A stretch of DNA of 64,000 nt from Patescibacteria group bacterium (GCA_023379265.1 JAMCUI010000019.1:9233-73232), one strand, 5' to 3'; shown: positions 10,882-21,987, numbered from the stretch's first letter. Notes: generated from the letters alone by a model not told the origin. Numbers and translations: made by a program.

Positions 10882-11511
10882 ATGGGAAAGAAGATAAAAA
10901 AGATAAAAATCGGTTTGGATTTTGACGGAGTGGTTGCCTATAACCCTTTTAGAGTGGTACGCGCTCCGTGGGCTTTTTTCAAAAACAGATTTTTGGGGTA
11001 TAAGAAATTAGTCTTTTTTTATCCGCGGAATACCTGGCAGCAGGTTTTTTGGCGGATCTTGCACGATTCGAGCATTTTTCCTTCAAAAGGGGTGAATTTA
11101 TTGCGTCAGTTGGTAAAAGAAGGAAAATTTGAGGCTCATCTTATTTCAGGAAGATACAGTTTTCTTGACGACCAATTAAACAGCTGGCTAAAAAAAAATA
11201 AGCTGGAAGGGATTTTTACCACAATAAATATAAACAGAAAAGATGAGCAGCCTCATCTTTTCAAAAAAAGTATGATTGCCAAGCGCAAACTGGATTTCTT
11301 TATTGAGGACAATTGGGATATTGTAGAGTTTTTGCACAACGTACATGGGGAAAAGACAAAAATTTACTGGATATACAATCTTTTGGATAGGCACAGGGTC
11401 CATAAGAATAAGTTTCCGTATCTTGAAATGGCACTTGTGGATATAGTTGAAGTCACAATGAGTCAAAGTAACATACATTCAAGGAGACAAAGGGGTATAA
11501 AAGAGAAATGA
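10882..11511 (+). CDS. HAD-superfamily-like hydrolase (5'-nucleotidase-like), hypothetical
   Basis: Motif I DFDGV near the N-terminus. Start moved to the in-frame ATG at 10882; the ORF track uses TTG at 10828. Confidence 0.35.
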   Translation: MGKKIKKIKIGLDFDGVVAYNPFRVVRAPWAFFKNRFLGYKKLVFFYPRNTWQQVFWRILHDSSIFPSKGVNLLRQLVKEGKFEAHLISGRYSFLDDQLNSWLKKNKLEGIFTTININRKDEQPHLFKKSMIAKRKLDFFIEDNWDIVEFLHNVHGEKTKIYWIYNLLDRHRVHKNKFPYLEMALVDIVEVTMSQSNIHSRRQRGIKEK

Positions 11512-11562
11512 TTTCAATTGAGATCTTTTGACCATCTGACTCTTTGAAAACTTTTATCTGTT

Positions 11563-12729
11563 ATGAAAATCCTTTTTTCCCTCACTTATTACTCCCCATA
11601 TGTTTCTGGTTTGACTTTATATGTCAAACGGTTGGCTGAAAAACTGGCACACAAGGACATAAATGTGAACGTCTTGTGTATGAAGCATGATAAAAAACTT
11701 CCATCCTTCGAGATAATTAACGAAGTTGAGATATACAGGGCCCAACCTCTTTTCAAAGTCAGCAAAGGGTTTTTCTCTATTGATTGGATATGGAGAAGCT
11801 TTTCCTTTGTAAGAAAGAGTGAGGTGGTGATTGTGAATTTGCCCCAATTTGAAGGAATAGTCCCGGCATTTATCGCAAGACTACTGGGTAAAAAACTCAT
11901 AAGCGTCTATCATTGTGAGGTAGTTTTGCCCGATGGAATTATCAATAGTATAATCCAGAAATTCCTGGAGTGGTCAAACAAATTGACGCTTTTTCTTTCT
12001 GAAACAGTAATTACTTATACTGAGGATTTTGCGGATAACTCAAAACAATTAGCAGGTCTTAAGGATAAATTAATATATATTTATCCGCCTATTTCTGAGC
12101 CGAAAGTCAATAAAAGAGTACAGAATATGATCAAGAATAAAATTGGCATAGGACAACCGTTTGTCATTGGTGTAGCCGCAAGACTAGCGGCTGAGAAGGG
12201 GATACAATATTTATTTGAGGCGATACCGGATATAATCAAAAATCAAAAATCAAAAATCAAAAAGAATGGTATAAAGATAGTAATCGCCGGTTCAATGGAT
12301 CCTGTAGGAGAAGAAAATCATAGAAATAAAATCTTAAGCCTGGCAAAGAAATATAAAGACTTAATTATCTTTTTGGGAGAGATAGAGCCTGAAAATATGG
12401 GTTCTTTTTATTCTCTTCTGGACGTTTTGGTTTTACCGTCTGTCAATTCTACTGAGGCTTTTGGCATGGTGCAGATAGAGGCAATGATGATGGGGGTACC
12501 TGTAGTAGTGAGCGATCTTCCGGGAGTGAGGGTTCCTGTTCGGAAAACTAAAATGGGAAAGACGGTACCTGTTGGTCAAAGCCAAAAGTTAGCCAGTGCC
12601 ATAGTAGAAGTGTTACAGAGTAGATATACATTTATTAGAGATAGACAGTTGATAGAGAAAGAATTTTCCTTCAAAAGGACATTAGATCTTTATGCGGGTA
12701 TATTAGGTTATAAAAATAAGAAAATCTGA
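11563..12729 (+). CDS. GT-B glycosyltransferase, family GT4-like
   Basis: [21 protein letters not shown] (E-x7-E donor-binding motif) and overall GT4 architecture. Confidence 0.75.
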   Translation: MKILFSLTYYSPYVSGLTLYVKRLAEKLAHKDINVNVLCMKHDKKLPSFEIINEVEIYRAQPLFKVSKGFFSIDWIWRSFSFVRKSEVVIVNLPQFEGIVPAFIARLLGKKLISVYHCEVVLPDGIINSIIQKFLEWSNKLTLFLSETVITYTEDFADNSKQLAGLKDKLIYIYPPISEPKVNKRVQNMIKNKIGIGQPFVIGVAARLAAEKGIQYLFEAIPDIIKNQKSKIKKNGIKIVIAGSMDPVGEENHRNKILSLAKKYKDLIIFLGEIEPENMGSFYSLLDVLVLPSVNSTEAFGMVQIEAMMMGVPVVVSDLPGVRVPVRKTKMGKTVPVGQSQKLASAIVEVLQSRYTFIRDRQLIEKEFSFKRTLDLYAGILGYKNKKI

Positions 12730-12747
12730 ATTTTTGTAAGTGGGGAG

Positions 12748-14277
12748 ATGAAAGATAAAAGGGTACGTTATTTATTGATTTTAATACTTGTTTTGGGTAG
12801 TGTGGTGAGATTATTCCATCTTGACCGGTTACCCGGAGAGATTTATGGAGATATATCAATTAATATCGAATACCTAGAAAGGATAAGCCAATTGGGATGG
12901 CCGCATAATTTTGTCTTATCTGCAGGCCCTTTTTATTATTATGCTGTTTTTCCAATAATTTTCTTTTTGGGTAATAATTATCTCGCTTTGAAGATTGGAT
13001 CCAGTATATTTGGTATATTAACCATTTTTTTCACATTTTTACTAAGCAGGAAATTAGCCAATCTACAAATAGCCCTTATTGCATCGTTGTTCACTGCTAT
13101 TTCTTTTTGGGTTTTGATTTTTAGCAGATTAGGGAATATTCAAATAATTATCCCTTTAATTATAATCCTGTCTTATTATTTTCTTATTCTTTGGCTAGAG
13201 AGAATTTCCGATAAAAAAGACGGATCATCTTATTTATTTTTGTCGCTAATTTTTGCATGCTTCGGTTTATATACCATGCCTCAGTCATTTATTCTCCTGC
13301 CTCTTATAATATTGACTATATTATTTTATTTATTCTTTTGGCGAAAAAAGATAGAGAATGCACAGGAAATAATTCTTAAGACGTTATTATTATCTTTTAT
13401 ACTTTCCATACCCTTTATTTTCCTTGTTTATTCCGATCTAGCCAATTTTACTCATGGTTATATCGGTGGGAAACTTGGTCTACACCAAGATGTTACGGCT
13501 ACATTGAGCCAATCTCTCATAAATCTTAAACGTGCACTTATGATGTTTAACATAAAGGGAGATATGGTTTTTAGGAGTAATATCTCAAAAGCTCCACATT
13601 TGGATTTCGTGTCTGGGCTGTTACTTATTCTTGGTATAATTATTTGGTTTTGGAAGAATAGACAGATGGCGATAATGTTTGGATTGTTACCGGTTTTTGT
13701 ACTTTTACTTCCTTCCGTACTGGTTTTGGGTCGCCCTCAAGAAGTGCCGAGTGCTTCCCGTGCCATCGGTGTGACTCCGTTTATTTATCTGTTAATAGCG
13801 TATGGCTTTTCAGGTTTGTATGGGTTCCTGAAGCCGAAAATTTCCAAACACATTGCTGTCTTTATTTTGACTGTTATTTTTTGCCAGATTACTTTAGCAA
13901 ATATGCAAAATTATTTTATAAAGTATGCTTACGGGTTACCAAATCACAATCTTGCTTTTGACAGGATTATTGCTAACTGGATAGTGAAGCTACCCTCGCA
14001 GACAAAAGTGTATCTTACTTCATGTTGTTGGGGAGATTGGGGACAACCTGAGCCTAAAGGAGTTTATTATTCACTTGATATACAGGATAGAGGAAGGTAT
14101 TATTTTACACCGCAGTTAAATTGCATGAATTTCCAAAGTACTTCTCCTTACGTCATAATTCTTGATCCAAAAGATAGGATACGGATAAATTCTCTTTATG
14201 AGTGTTTGCATAAATACGTTCATACTTATAAAGCTGGAAACACTGATGTGTTTTCTTATATTTCTTCCTCTTATTAA
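12748..14277 (+). CDS. Polytopic membrane protein, putative GT-C-like glycosyltransferase
   Basis: 509 aa with about 11 or more TM helices. The short N-terminal loop has acidic residues (GEIYGDISINIEYLE). Confidence 0.45.
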   Translation: MKDKRVRYLLILILVLGSVVRLFHLDRLPGEIYGDISINIEYLERISQLGWPHNFVLSAGPFYYYAVFPIIFFLGNNYLALKIGSSIFGILTIFFTFLLSRKLANLQIALIASLFTAISFWVLIFSRLGNIQIIIPLIIILSYYFLILWLERISDKKDGSSYLFLSLIFACFGLYTMPQSFILLPLIILTILFYLFFWRKKIENAQEIILKTLLLSFILSIPFIFLVYSDLANFTHGYIGGKLGLHQDVTATLSQSLINLKRALMMFNIKGDMVFRSNISKAPHLDFVSGLLLILGIIIWFWKNRQMAIMFGLLPVFVLLLPSVLVLGRPQEVPSASRAIGVTPFIYLLIAYGFSGLYGFLKPKISKHIAVFILTVIFCQITLANMQNYFIKYAYGLPNHNLAFDRIIANWIVKLPSQTKVYLTSCCWGDWGQPEPKGVYYSLDIQDRGRYYFTPQLNCMNFQSTSPYVIILDPKDRIRINSLYECLHKYVHTYKAGNTDVFSYISSSY

Positions 14278-14304
14278 TAAAAATATTTATTATCTTACCC
14301 CAAA

Positions 14305-15093
14305 ATGAGAAAAATTGAATTGTTTCTGAAGAGATATATTAAAGAAAGACCATTATTTTTATCCCTGATTCGTGCCAGAGAAGCGGTGCTTTTTCAGAGT
14401 TATTTACCATTAGAAAGTCCAATACTTGATGTGGGTTGCGGGGATGGATACTTCGCTAGGGTAACCTTATCGAATAATTTTCAGGTCGAGAAGTCGATGA
14501 TTGATGTCGGATTGGATGTAAAAGGCAGTCGGATAGAAGAAGCAAAAAAAATTAATGTATACAAGAAACTGGTTACTTATGAGGGTAAAAATATGCCTTT
14601 CAAAACTAATTATTTCTCAACTGTTGTATCAAACTGTGTCTTGGAACATATAAACGATTTGGACCTGATTCTTGAGGAGATAAACCGTGTTCTGAAACCG
14701 GGAGGTTTATTTCTAACGACAGTGATGGCAGCTCCATGGGAAAGAAATCTCTTCATGACTAAAATTGTGGGTAATTGGTATAAAGACTGGATGAGAAAAA
14801 AACAGGTGCATATCAATTTATTAACGAAAGAACTTTGGGATAAGAGATTTAGAGACGCAGGTTTTCAGATAAAAAGGGTTGAAGGATATTTATCGCCAAA
14901 AGCATGTAGACTGATCGATTTTTGCCATTATATATCCATTCCGAATCTTATTAGTTATAAACTCTTTGGGAAATGGGTTTTATTTCCAAGAATAGCTAGC
15001 GCTGTTTACCCAGAGGGGTGGTTGGCTGAAGTCTTGGAGGAAAAAGTGGAAACGGATACGTCTGGCGCAATATTTTACGTATTGGAGAAATAA
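14305..15093 (+). CDS. Class I SAM-dependent methyltransferase
   Basis: Motif I LDVGCGDGYF and post-I LKPGGLFL. Confidence 0.7.
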   Translation: MRKIELFLKRYIKERPLFLSLIRAREAVLFQSYLPLESPILDVGCGDGYFARVTLSNNFQVEKSMIDVGLDVKGSRIEEAKKINVYKKLVTYEGKNMPFKTNYFSTVVSNCVLEHINDLDLILEEINRVLKPGGLFLTTVMAAPWERNLFMTKIVGNWYKDWMRKKQVHINLLTKELWDKRFRDAGFQIKRVEGYLSPKACRLIDFCHYISIPNLISYKLFGKWVLFPRIASAVYPEGWLAEVLEEKVETDTSGAIFYVLEK

Positions 15094-15102
15094 CTGTTTA
15101 AC

Positions 15103-16830
15103 TCAAAAAGAATTGATCTGCAAATTGGGTACGAACCAGATATCTGAGCGGTAAACGGCTTCTTTTATCCTTTCTTCTCGATTGTTCCACTTATAGCGAA
15201 AATCAGAGATATTGATTTTCTTTATATTGTGTTCCAGGAATCCCAAACATTCTTTTTTGTCAGTAAAAATTATGGTATTTATCCGGTCATTCAGGTTAGA
15301 AAAGCAGGGAGCTTGATAGCTAATTATTTTGAAGTTGGGAAAGAAGTATTTCAGATGGTCCGGAAAGAGGTCAAAATCCGGATTGTTACTGTATATGGCA
15401 AATTGAATTGTGTCTTCATGGTTGATATTTTCCTTTTGCGCGCTGGCAATTGTTTCCCGTAGAACCAATGATCGAAGTCCAAAATATTTTTGCGACCTGT
15501 CATAAATATCAAACTCATAATAGACTGCAATGCCGCATATGGTCAGAAAAAGTATGGAACACCAGAAGAACCTGATGTTTACTTTATAGGTAGAGATGAT
15601 ATCTATCATTGCTGCAATGATTATAGGGATAATAATTATGCTGCGATGAATACCAAAAGAGGGTGGAGGAGTAGCATAGCCGATTGATTGGCCTGAGATA
15701 ATAATGATCCCCAATACCCATAAGGCAATAAAAAAATGCACCTTTTTCCATCTTAGGGTGAGAGCTCCAGCAAGATATAGTATGATTGGAATTGACATTA
15801 TTGCTCCGGCAAAAGGCAGTTGGTTATTATACATGTCGGTATTTTTTATGAAAAAATATTGTAATGACTCTTGTGAATTGAAGAGTAGGGTTGAATAATT
15901 CATTTTTTCCCTAAATAAATTTATCCGTATGTCTTTTCGATTTAAAATTGAGTTTATACCAGATACAGTAGTGGCAAAAAGGCATACGAACAGAAGAAGT
16001 ACAGCAAGCTTTTTCCCATAGAAATAGTTTTTTACCAGTATAATTCCCGTTAGTAAGATAAAAAGAACCGCGCTAGCGAGCGCCGGAGTATATGTTGATG
16101 TCAAAAGTGACAAAATAAAGTAAAGAGCCGTGATTCTGGTTAAGTTTGGTTTTTTTGCTGTGATGAGAAATACACCAGTTGCCGCAAGGGTGAAGGAGAG
16201 AGGTAAAATTACCTGTTCAAATGTCCGGATGATAACTAAAACCACAGGAAAAGCAATAATAGCAAGGACTCCCAATGCTGCAATAAAGTGAATATTCTTC
16301 CGTTTGTCAAAATATATATTCAGACCGCTGTAAAAAAGGAATATTCCCAGAATAAACGGTAAAATAAATCCCAGGCGGTAATTTATTATAGATCTTTGGT
16401 TTGTGAGTTCCGTTGGCAAAGCGGCAATTAAATATTGACGGCTGGGATATCCGAGAAAAGCATTTTGGGCATAACCCAAATCTTTTTTGGCAAAGTTAGT
16501 TAGTCCTGCAGCTACTTCCTGTGTCGCCTCTCCTGAAATATCAATTGGGAAACTGTTGAGTTTAGATGAGACAAGCAAAGTGACAAAAAGAAGCGCAAGT
16601 ATGCCCCACATTTTTTTTTGCCTTAAATCAACGTTGATAATTTTTACAATCCAATATAATGAAAAAAAGAAAAAATAAATAAGAAATATCAACCAGATTT
16701 GACCTGAAATTGTTGCCGCTGTTGTCGAATAATTACCGGATTTTCCGTAAGAGAGCGTGTCTAGAATTGAGATGCTTGCCCCAGCGATAATTACTGTGGC
16801 AGGAAGAATGGATTTTCTGATTTGAGTCAT
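15103..16830 (-). CDS. Polytopic membrane protein, putative GT-C-like glycosyltransferase
   Basis: 575 aa, many TM helices. Its start overlaps the stop of the upstream gene by ATGA. Confidence 0.45.
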   Translation of the reverse strand: MTQIRKSILPATVIIAGASISILDTLSYGKSGNYSTTAATISGQIWLIFLIYFFFFSLYWIVKIINVDLRQKKMWGILALLFVTLLVSSKLNSFPIDISGEATQEVAAGLTNFAKKDLGYAQNAFLGYPSRQYLIAALPTELTNQRSIINYRLGFILPFILGIFLFYSGLNIYFDKRKNIHFIAALGVLAIIAFPVVLVIIRTFEQVILPLSFTLAATGVFLITAKKPNLTRITALYFILSLLTSTYTPALASAVLFILLTGIILVKNYFYGKKLAVLLLFVCLFATTVSGINSILNRKDIRINLFREKMNYSTLLFNSQESLQYFFIKNTDMYNNQLPFAGAIMSIPIILYLAGALTLRWKKVHFFIALWVLGIIIISGQSIGYATPPPSFGIHRSIIIIPIIIAAMIDIISTYKVNIRFFWCSILFLTICGIAVYYEFDIYDRSQKYFGLRSLVLRETIASAQKENINHEDTIQFAIYSNNPDFDLFPDHLKYFFPNFKIISYQAPCFSNLNDRINTIIFTDKKECLGFLEHNIKKINISDFRYKWNNREERIKEAVYRSDIWFVPNLQINSF

Positions 16831-18803
16831 GGAGAGGATCGGTCTAAATAAATCAGACTGAAATAGTCAACCGGTTTTATTTTTTTGAAAATGATCACTT
16901 TTGGATGATCATAGACTGTAAATGATTCATCAGCATAGTCGTCAACAAAGCTTATACCCGATAGGGGACAATTCTGGCTTTTATATGCCACAATTCCGTA
17001 GCGGGAAAAGGGTGGGGTAAGGCACAAACGGATGAATGGTAACGGCAGATTGGGTCGGGAAGTGAACTCAGCTATTTTTTCAAAACCCAGCGTGCCGTTG
17101 AAAAGATCTGTGTAATATCTGTTTGTGATGGGGTATCGGCTGGGTACTGTCATAATTGAGCCGTAGAGTCTGTTGCTTGAGAGAAATATATAGTTGACCT
17201 CTTGAAGTCTTTGAGTCATATCTTTCCATTTTTCAAGGCTGTCTGGGTTATAGAGAGGGAATTCCACAGTTTTATAAAATAATCCTGACGATTTATTATC
17301 CAGGCTTAAAGGTAAACCGTCGTCCCAATGTTCACTTGAGACAACCGAACCGGGTGGAATATTTTGGTATATCCAGTTGGATGCATCAATTCTGGAATTA
17401 TTACGGGCGTAGATTGATACAAAAGAAAAGGGGTAAATAAGGATAAGTATGATAAATGCAAAAGTCAGTAATGATAGGATTCTTGCAGACAATTTATATT
17501 TATCATGCAAGGCAGAGAAAATTTTTGTGGTAAAAAGGGCGGTTACGACGGTAATAAACGGATAGATCAGTATAAAATATCTCATGGCTTTGACAAATTG
17601 GGCTCCCTGGTAGAGAAAAACATAATCGACAAAAAAAAGTGCAGCGAAAAAGAGAAAATCACAATCGCATTGCAGTGATTTTGATACTTCGATCTTTTTC
17701 AATATCAATCCTGAGCTTGCCGAACGGATTGATTTTCTCCAATTTTTCAGTTTGTTAAAAAAAATCAGGTTGTACCAGAGAAATGCAGTAAGAGTTAGAA
17801 GCCCAATAGGCAAACCCATTCCCCAGAAAACGAAGTTCTTAATCGGAAAGATGTAAGGTCTTGTAGTGATCCATTGTACTCCTGGTGGAAACCAAGCATT
17901 CGGGTCATCAAAAGAACGCAGTTGTTTCCAGTTCTCGATCAGTTTGGGATTAGGAAGAGGATTTAGAACGTTTCCAGAGATAAAGGCATACGGTTGGGTT
18001 ATGCGGAAGGAAATATAAAGTGATAACGAGAAAATAAACCCGCAGGTAAAAATATGCAGTAGTTTCCTTTCTTTTAGTAACAGGAAAATGTAACAGAGTC
18101 CAATTATTGGAAGGATGATTAAAGCTGTTATTTTACTTGCTGCTGCAAGACCAAGCGATATCCCTAGAAGTGAACTGAAAATAAAGACTTTATAATCGTA
18201 TATTGAGATATGGAGAACAATCTTAATAAGAAGAAAAAATGTTAGGGCAGTAAAGAATGTAAGGTATGTGTCTACTGCAAAATAATGCGATAGTTGGATG
18301 GGTAGAGCAGATACGGCATAAAACAACATTGATAAAAGCGGAAAAAGGTCAAGCGATTTTATAGAGTATTCTTTCCCAAGAAGGCTAAATTTGAAGGAGG
18401 TAGGTTTCAGAAGTTTTGATCTTGAGATTAACCCACGGGCAATAAGAAATACTAGAAGGACGGTACCAAGGTCAAATCCGGCAGATAACTGTCGCCCAAC
18501 GATGGTAAGGTTGTTGTAATCTGATTTACTGAGAATATCTGCAACAAATTTAGTTAGGAATAGGGGAAACGTGCCATATACAAAAAAGCCAAAGCCTCGA
18601 TTGTGGGGATTTAGAGGAGATTGGGAAGTATTGAAATATTCAAATAAATCTTGAGGCCATAAAATAGCGTTTCCTACCATGGTAAGGAATCTTTCGTCAG
18701 GATGGAGGTGTTGGTTGTTATCCCAGTTAATTCCATAAAATCTGAAAAAAGCGGCAAGAAAGAGAATTACTATTATCAATAATTTATACGACTTTATCCT
18801 CAT
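16827..18803 (-). CDS. ArnT/PMT-like GT-C glycosyltransferase (DE motif)
   Basis: First extracytoplasmic loop carries HPDERF, matching the canonical GT-C/GT39/GT83 DE-x-x-(F/Y) motif. About 13 TM helices; C-terminal soluble domain ends ...DESFTVYDHPKVIIFKK. Start moved to the ATG at 18803. Confidence 0.55.
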   Translation of the reverse strand: MRIKSYKLLIIVILFLAAFFRFYGINWDNNQHLHPDERFLTMVGNAILWPQDLFEYFNTSQSPLNPHNRGFGFFVYGTFPLFLTKFVADILSKSDYNNLTIVGRQLSAGFDLGTVLLVFLIARGLISRSKLLKPTSFKFSLLGKEYSIKSLDLFPLLSMLFYAVSALPIQLSHYFAVDTYLTFFTALTFFLLIKIVLHISIYDYKVFIFSSLLGISLGLAAASKITALIILPIIGLCYIFLLLKERKLLHIFTCGFIFSLSLYISFRITQPYAFISGNVLNPLPNPKLIENWKQLRSFDDPNAWFPPGVQWITTRPYIFPIKNFVFWGMGLPIGLLTLTAFLWYNLIFFNKLKNWRKSIRSASSGLILKKIEVSKSLQCDCDFLFFAALFFVDYVFLYQGAQFVKAMRYFILIYPFITVVTALFTTKIFSALHDKYKLSARILSLLTFAFIILILIYPFSFVSIYARNNSRIDASNWIYQNIPPGSVVSSEHWDDGLPLSLDNKSSGLFYKTVEFPLYNPDSLEKWKDMTQRLQEVNYIFLSSNRLYGSIMTVPSRYPITNRYYTDLFNGTLGFEKIAEFTSRPNLPLPFIRLCLTPPFSRYGIVAYKSQNCPLSGISFVDDYADESFTVYDHPKVIIFKKIKPVDYFSLIYLDRSSP

Positions 18804-18811
18804 ATTAATAG

Positions 18812-20812
18812 TCAATATTTTATCAGTTTCTGAAAAAGAGAAAGATATTGATTTTCTGATAATACCTTGGTTTTCTTGAATATTCTTATTACCGGATGGT
18901 CAAAAACTGTCCATGTTTCCTCCGCATTTTCATCAGGGAAATGTATAGAACCAAGCGATGGATATGAAGAAATTTCAAAAACTTTTTCAAATCCCAACGT
19001 TCCAGAAAATAATAATTGATAATATTTTGTGATCAAAGGATATTCTGCCGGAAGGCGCATATAATTGGCAAAAATGCGTCGGGAAGGAACAAGGATATAA
19101 TCAGCTTTAGTAAGATCAAAAATCAGTTGGGAAAATAATTGAGGGTTTTCGTCAGTGTGATAGAAGTCAAAGGAAATAATAGTATAGTTGTGGGTTGTAA
19201 GTTGTGGGTTGTAAGTTGTGGGAAGAAAAAGTGGTATATCCACGACGTTGGCTGTCTCGGAAAGAATGAATGAGTGGTCTGGAATATTTTTATAGATCCA
19301 TTCTGAGGCTATGATGCGGGAGTCTGGACGGATGTAAATGGACATGAAAGCAAGGCCGGGGAGAAGAGATATAAATACAAATATGCAAATAAGCAAATAA
19401 GCGAATCGTGGAATATGAAGCGTAAAGTGTAATGCGGAAAGATTATTTCTTAAGGTTTTAAGTATAAAGTATAAAGAGCATACGGCAAAGATGTTGAAAA
19501 AGGGCAGGAGTGGAGTCATAAATCTGGTCCATTTGGAAAAAAGGAAGGCGTTGGGGAGGAGATAGGCAAGAAAAGAAGAATCAAGAAGCAAGAAGTATGA
19601 ATCAAGGTTATTATTTTTGCCAATTTTATTCTTAATTCTTAATTCATCATTCATAATTCTTTGCAGAATTTTTGATGAAAGAGAAATTATAAGATTTCCG
19701 CTTGTTAATAAAAATCCCAGTATGCCAAATATGAAAACTGGCCAACCCAGAGTGTAGGGAAATATTCTTTCCGTCTGAAAGACTATTGGAGTAGTATTTA
19801 CAAACTGGCGGGTATAAAAAGCTGGATATTTGCCAGTGGCAACATCTTTCTCATAACCAAATACGGCACTTTGGAAATCCGGTATGTCCACCATGTTGTA
19901 TGGTGAGGAAAGAAGAGAAATTAGGACGGTTCCTGTTAAGACAATAAGACCTACAACAACATATACTGATTTTGTTTTTAATCTCATTTTTCCTTTTGCT
20001 TTGGTCATAAGAAGTAGTAATGTCATAAGTGGAGGGAAAAGAAATAAGACACCGGTAAGTTTGCTGCCAATGGCAAGGCCTATTGTAAGGGAAAGAAGCA
20101 AAATATCCCTGAAATGTACTTTAATGTAGCTACCAAGAGTGATCTGTTTAAGAGGTTTGTCTATTAATCTTATGGAAAAGTAAACTGAAAGGAGGAAAAA
20201 TAATGTAAGGAATGATTCTGTGGTGCCAAAATGCGCTGATTGGATAAGTCCTGGAGAAAAAGCCGCCAGAAGAGAAGCAATAATTGGTAAATGAAGAACG
20301 GTAATTGGGGAGGGAGGGAGAATCATTCCGAATAATTTTTGGGTAAAAAGGAAGATAAATAAGACCGTTAGAGAAGAAGCGATAGCTGACCAGAAACGCA
20401 ACCAATAGATAGCAGAGGTGAAGTCAGTTGTGAGTTGTGGATTGTGAGTTGTGGATTGGTGTGGGTTGATATGATTAATTAGATTGATTGGGATTTTGGA
20501 AATTTGGTCGCTGACAAAGGCAAGATATAGGGGGAATTGTCCATAAGCGAAGAAATGTGGATTGAGATTGCAATTAGTTGTGAGTTGTGGATTGTGAGTT
20601 GTGGATTGAGAAGTGTTAGAGAAGAATTGAGTATTGATACATGAGATTATTCCTGCTGGATTGGATGGTAGAGTATATTGAGTGATAGCGCCTGCCATAT
20701 TTCTTTCATCAGGATCAAAGAAATATGGTGCATCATGCATCATGCCGTAAAAACGTAGCAGAGTGGCGGCTATAAGAATTATGGATAGAAATGGTTTTTT
20801 TCGATCAATCAT
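18812..20812 (-). CDS. ArnT/PMT-like GT-C glycosyltransferase, paralog of the preceding gene, carrying in-frame NPQLTT tandem repeats
   Basis: DPDERN motif in the first loop. C-terminus EETWTVFDHPVIRIFKK matches the neighbour. Internal nucleotide repeats are listed separately. Start placed at the in-frame ATG at 20812 (ORF track: TTG at 20833). Confidence 0.55.
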   Translation of the reverse strand: MIDRKKPFLSIILIAATLLRFYGMMHDAPYFFDPDERNMAGAITQYTLPSNPAGIISCINTQFFSNTSQSTTHNPQLTTNCNLNPHFFAYGQFPLYLAFVSDQISKIPINLINHINPHQSTTHNPQLTTDFTSAIYWLRFWSAIASSLTVLFIFLFTQKLFGMILPPSPITVLHLPIIASLLAAFSPGLIQSAHFGTTESFLTLFFLLSVYFSIRLIDKPLKQITLGSYIKVHFRDILLLSLTIGLAIGSKLTGVLFLFPPLMTLLLLMTKAKGKMRLKTKSVYVVVGLIVLTGTVLISLLSSPYNMVDIPDFQSAVFGYEKDVATGKYPAFYTRQFVNTTPIVFQTERIFPYTLGWPVFIFGILGFLLTSGNLIISLSSKILQRIMNDELRIKNKIGKNNNLDSYFLLLDSSFLAYLLPNAFLFSKWTRFMTPLLPFFNIFAVCSLYFILKTLRNNLSALHFTLHIPRFAYLLICIFVFISLLPGLAFMSIYIRPDSRIIASEWIYKNIPDHSFILSETANVVDIPLFLPTTYNPQLTTHNYTIISFDFYHTDENPQLFSQLIFDLTKADYILVPSRRIFANYMRLPAEYPLITKYYQLLFSGTLGFEKVFEISSYPSLGSIHFPDENAEETWTVFDHPVIRIFKKTKVLSENQYLSLFQKLIKY
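19186..19223. repeat. 14-nt tandem repeat (AGTTGTGGGTTGTA, about 2.7 copies) inside a CDS
   Basis: Direct read; encodes TTYNPQLTTHN on the - strand. Confidence 0.85.
20426..20607. repeat. Two identical 32-bp segments (20426-20457 and 20576-20607), each an internal tandem of a 14-mer, inside the same CDS
   Basis: AGTTGTGAGTTGTGGATTGTGAGTTGTGGATT appears twice, exactly; each copy encodes HNPQLTTHNPQLTT-like peptide. Confidence 0.9.
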
Positions 20813-20984
20813 GGAGGAAAGTTCAAAGCTCAAAACTCAAATGTCAACCCACTCGACAAGCTCAGGGTTGATGCTAAGCATAGTCGAAGCATCAAAACCA
20901 AATACAAAATCTTTTGTTCTTTTTATAAGGTTTTCAGTTTTAAGATACGGTTTTGAATTTTCTCATTTGATATTTAAATTTTAT

Positions 20985-21905
20985 TTAGAGGATATACAGC
21001 ATAAGTATGACGGCGACTCCCCAAAGAATAATTGAGACTATAAGTGGTATATCGGTAGTAATGATTTTTTCTGGTCTTTCACCCTCAGTGCTTTCATATG
21101 CCAGTTGTGCAAAGCGCATAAGGCCATAAATGACAAAAGGAATAGTGATAATCATCCATTTGCGGTCCAATGCCTGAGGTATAAAACTTGTCAAAAAAGT
21201 CCTAAATGGAGCGTTAAATTGTGGCGGTTCCTCAAGGAATGTAAAGAGCGCATACGCCAAAATAGCTGCAGATCCAAACATTGATGTATAAAAATCCAGA
21301 AGGTGTTCTCTATACTGGAAAAGTGTCGGACGTGTGGTAGCTCCCTTAAAAAGGAGCTCCGCGTGTCTTTTGGTGGAGGCTACAAAGAGAGCGACAAAAA
21401 GGATGGTTAGAAAGAGCCAGAAGGGTAAATGATAATTTGTTAGCGCTTCGCCTGCATATGCACGAAGTATAAATGAAAAAGCGATGCCAAGGACATCCAT
21501 GACAGCATGTTTTTTCAAAACCGTCGAGTAAAGAAGATGAAGGGCTGTAAAAGCTGCTGCCGTAATAAAGAACATCGGAGAGATAAGGATGGCTGCAATA
21601 AGACCAAAAAATGCCAGGAAAAAGGCCAATTCCATGGCTGAGTTGATATCAATAAGACCCGCAGCCAGCGGCCTGTTTTTCTTTTCCGCATGAAGCCTGT
21701 CTTGTTTAAGGTCAATAATATCATTGAAAAGATACGAGGCTGAGGAAATTGCACAAAAGATAATAAATCCGTAGATGGAAAGAGTGAAGAAGCGCGGGTT
21801 GAAAAGTTTTCCATTAAATATGATGGCGGCAAAAAGGATAAAATTCTTTACCCATTGGTTTGGACGCAAGGCTATGATGATTGGCGGGATTTTTTTAATC
21901 CTCAT
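20985..21905 (-). CDS. UbiA-family prenyltransferase (decaprenyl-phosphate phosphoribosyltransferase-like)
   Basis: First Asp-rich motif NDIIDLKQDRLH (NDxxDxxxD), about 8 TM helices, and about 300 aa as in DPPR-type UbiA enzymes. Confidence 0.7.
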   Translation of the reverse strand: MRIKKIPPIIIALRPNQWVKNFILFAAIIFNGKLFNPRFFTLSIYGFIIFCAISSASYLFNDIIDLKQDRLHAEKKNRPLAAGLIDINSAMELAFFLAFFGLIAAILISPMFFITAAAFTALHLLYSTVLKKHAVMDVLGIAFSFILRAYAGEALTNYHLPFWLFLTILFVALFVASTKRHAELLFKGATTRPTLFQYREHLLDFYTSMFGSAAILAYALFTFLEEPPQFNAPFRTFLTSFIPQALDRKWMIITIPFVIYGLMRFAQLAYESTEGERPEKIITTDIPLIVSIILWGVAVILMLYIL

Positions 21906-21987
21906 ATTTCGGGTTTGGTATCTAAGGGAAACGCTAATGGTATTTTAGGGTAGAGAGTAAAGAATATCAATAATAGTTATTACATTA

